A stretch of 63,890 bases of DNA, filler included, from Squatina squatina (taxonomy: Eukaryota): NCBI GenBank assembly GCA_031763465.1. It is 3 parts of 3 records of this genome, joined end to end, with 100 filler letters (N's around TTAATTAATTAA, not from the genome) between each part and the next. Parts side by side here need not be neighbours in the genome. Positions count along the whole stretch, not along the records: positions 41,418 to 63,890 come from JARFOE010000001.1; 2 more parts are not named here. The stretch is one strand, 5' to 3'. The position numbers and the translations under genes were made by a program. The number at the start of each line of letters is the position of its first letter. Within the stretch, counting starts at the first letter, position 1. Shown one piece after another: positions 61,355 to 63,890 of this stretch. The notes under the pieces are model-generated. The model was not told the origin of the DNA and did not search any database. It saw only the letters and a program-made list of their open reading frames with translations.

Positions 61355-62834
61355 CTAGAAAATAACCCACCAACAAAATATTTAATTGTGAAAACATGCC
61401 CTAATCAGACAATAATAGTATGCTTCTTTGTGTTGATAGCTTTGATGTGTAAAATGCAATGCTAATCTTCTTTGTTTCAGGTTCATTACGAACATAATTG
61501 TAGTTTAAATAAAGGAATAATGTTATACTTTATGCATCTTAAAAATAGATTGGGGAGTGGGTTTTTCCTCATTGCTCAGTGAATAATGCACCATATAGTG
61601 CAGATACTGTGTCTGATTTCTAGTCTGTGGTGAATTAGCTGTTGCAGTAGTGCATGTGCTACAATTGGCTTCAATGGCCTGGGCAATTGAAAAAGACAGC
61701 CACGGTTCGCATTCAACTCACTGTTCCCAAAAAGAGCATTAAGCATTGCTATTTCTTATGCTGTATAACAGTTTTATGCTGTTGTGAGTGATACTACAAT
61801 AGCAATGTGAAGTGAACACTGGTGAACATTAATGCCCCAAAACTGTGGGAACCCTGGCATAGATCATTAGTGGTAGGATGCAACAAATGGATTTATGTTG
61901 AAGGAAATTAAGAAATTATAGCTCACATAACTATTTATTCACTGCNNNNNNNNNNAATCAGTCTCTAGTTACCTCTTTGAGAATAGTGTGCTTCATTCTT
62001 CTGGAATGCAAAATCACTTTCTCACTTTTGCCTATGATATTAGTTGCAGGATCTTTGGTGCATTTTGGTGGCTCTACCTTCCCACAGTCACCTAATGGTC
62101 TGTAATGTGCTGTGTGTTCCTGGAGCCATGCACATTTAACTCTGCCGAAACATTCAATTAATCTTTTCATGGGCCTTAACCTACATTATGATTTGAACAA
62201 ACTGCAAGCTAGATGGCATTAATCTAGATTTAAGTTTTCATTGTTTTTTGTAGCTAAAAAGAGTCACATCTATTTGACACTCTCTAAATTAAATTACATA
62301 ACCAACATGCAACTGGACAGGGATTTTGATAAAATCATAAAATAGTAATGAATGAAAACAGAAAATTATTAGTAATTAGCCGTATTCAAAAACAATTTCT
62401 GAATAAATGGAACTGATGTGCTAAGATCAATGAAATAATAGCTCAGTATCACCTTATGGAATTTACATCCATAGATCCACAGATTTTTAAATATTGCAGG
62501 TGTTTGAAGNNNNNNNNNNNNNNNNNNNNNNNNNNNNNNNNNNNNNNNNNNNNNNNNNNNNNNNNNNNNNNNNNNNNNNNNNNNNNNNNNNNNNNNNNNN
62601 NNNNNNNNNTCATCTATGAATCATAAAAATAAAGTTCCAGCAACAGTAAAAGAATTAATTGCAATAAACTTAGAGAGAAAGCAATAAGAGTAACCTTGTG
62701 AGACTCTGGTCCTCATTAAACAAGAATGTTATAGGTTCATCTCCGACCTGTATCCCAATCTAGCAAGCCTCCACACTGGGAACGGTGCCTTCCAAAGTCA
62801 CCACCAATATAATATGAGCCTTATGATCTCTCAC

Positions 62835-63056
62835 CTTGATGTCTCTGAAAGCAGTAACACCACTCATTGTTGGAAATGCGACCATCTCTGTATGTATCAC
62901 ATGAGTTGAAAAATGGTTTCATGCACTGGTCATAGTTGTCAAAATAAATGCTTCCCAGCTCTGACTGATCGAGTAGCAGGTCATAGTTTGTGTCCAGTCT
63001 GTTAAACATCCATCCAAGTGAGTCCTTGCAAATGGGTAGAATGCTGGTGTCAAATC
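62835..63056 (-). CDS. SPOCK3: Testican-3 extracellular calcium-binding (EC) domain exon
   Basis: ccttag| acceptor and G|gtgaga donor; FDTSILPICKDSLGWMFNRLDTNYDLLLDQSELGSIYFDNYDQCMKPFFNSCDTYRDGRISNNEWCYCFQRHQ. NRLDTNYDLLLDQSEL matches SPOCK3 rather than SPOCK1. Confidence 0.93.
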
Positions 63057-63890
63057 CTAAGGAACAGAGGGGAAATAGCAAGTGATCTTTTTATAGAATA
63101 AAACTCATTANNNNNNNNNNNNNNNNNNNNNNNNNNNNNNNNNNNNNNNNNNNNNNNNNNNNNNNNNNNNNNNNNNNNNNNNNNNNNNNNNNNNNNNNNN
63201 NNNNNNNNNNCTTTAAGAAGTGCAAATTGCTTTTTAATAGTGTCGGTCTTGCCATAATTTCCACCCTCCTCCATAGTTGAGCTACTTAGCAGATAGCAGT
63301 GGAAGCTCGTATCGAATACTCAAATAAGGCTTGCCCATGAAAATGGTTGGGGCCTCCTGCCACTGACATTGGGCAGGTGTAATGGGCACCATGCCCACTG
63401 CCCAACCAATGTATGTGCTGCATAAAAATCACCACCCCCCGTTTCACATTTGAATTGTTACTGTGGCAAAAGATGATGTAAGGCCAAATATTGCCACTTT
63501 TCAAATTGTACATCTTTAGACTATTGCAAATCTTTCAAAATTGACCATTAAATTTCTATTCTGCCTTGCCTTCATAAACAAAGTGAGTAAAACTAGTAAT
63601 TTAAACTGATCTTCAATTCTGTACACTGGGCAGTGTTTATAGTTGAAATAGTGAGGATGAAATGATCATGTATTTGATGGAAAATAACATTTCAGTTTGC
63701 TCAAAGACACCGTCACATACACAAGGAAGGTAATGAGAGTAAGGTAATGTCTCACACTGATCAAACTGGGCTTCCCATTTCCCAATGAAGAGGTATTCAG
63801 TCAGTTAGAATTACAAGGAGTAGCTATCAAGATGTAACAAAAAGCCTGACCAGCATCAAGATAAATTACAAAGTAACTCAATTTGAAAAT

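Noticed and set aside
1-63890. CRISPR arrays, rRNA, intact tRNA genes or prokaryotic systems
   Set aside because: None seen. The DNA is intron-containing vertebrate sequence, and tRNA-like pieces are SINE heads.

Overview
Vertebrate nuclear DNA, most likely from a cartilaginous fish (shark/ray-type CR1, L2, Deu-SINE and Penelope repeats). The assembly is very gappy, with many fixed 100-N gaps. Two TTAATTAATTAA six-frame-stop linkers set inside N runs (22164-22175, 41362-41373) split the window into three unrelated scaffolds. Block 1 (1-22119) holds MICU2 3' exons (+), five ZDHHC20 exons (+), two SKA3 exons (+) and a convergent SAP18 exon (-) that carries an in-frame TAA; the order matches the human 13q12 block as I recall it. 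Block 2 (22220-41317) holds one ASB3 ankyrin exon (+) and several orphan exon-like segments, notably a Kozak-initiated, donor-terminated 141-codon antisense ORF at 33498-33921. Block 3 (41418-63890) holds the TLL1 last exon and 3'UTR (+) convergent with two SPOCK3 exons (-). The rest is mostly decayed transposable elements: CR1, L2, Tx1, Deu-SINE, Penelope, hAT ends and a rich set of PIF/Harbinger relics. Gene names come from remembered protein similarity plus splice sites and synteny; no search was run. I found no clear-cut new biological system. The best leads are the SAP18 stop, the orphan antisense exon, the inverted hairpin repeats around an orphan 93-nt exon, and the Harbinger Myb/SANT family.
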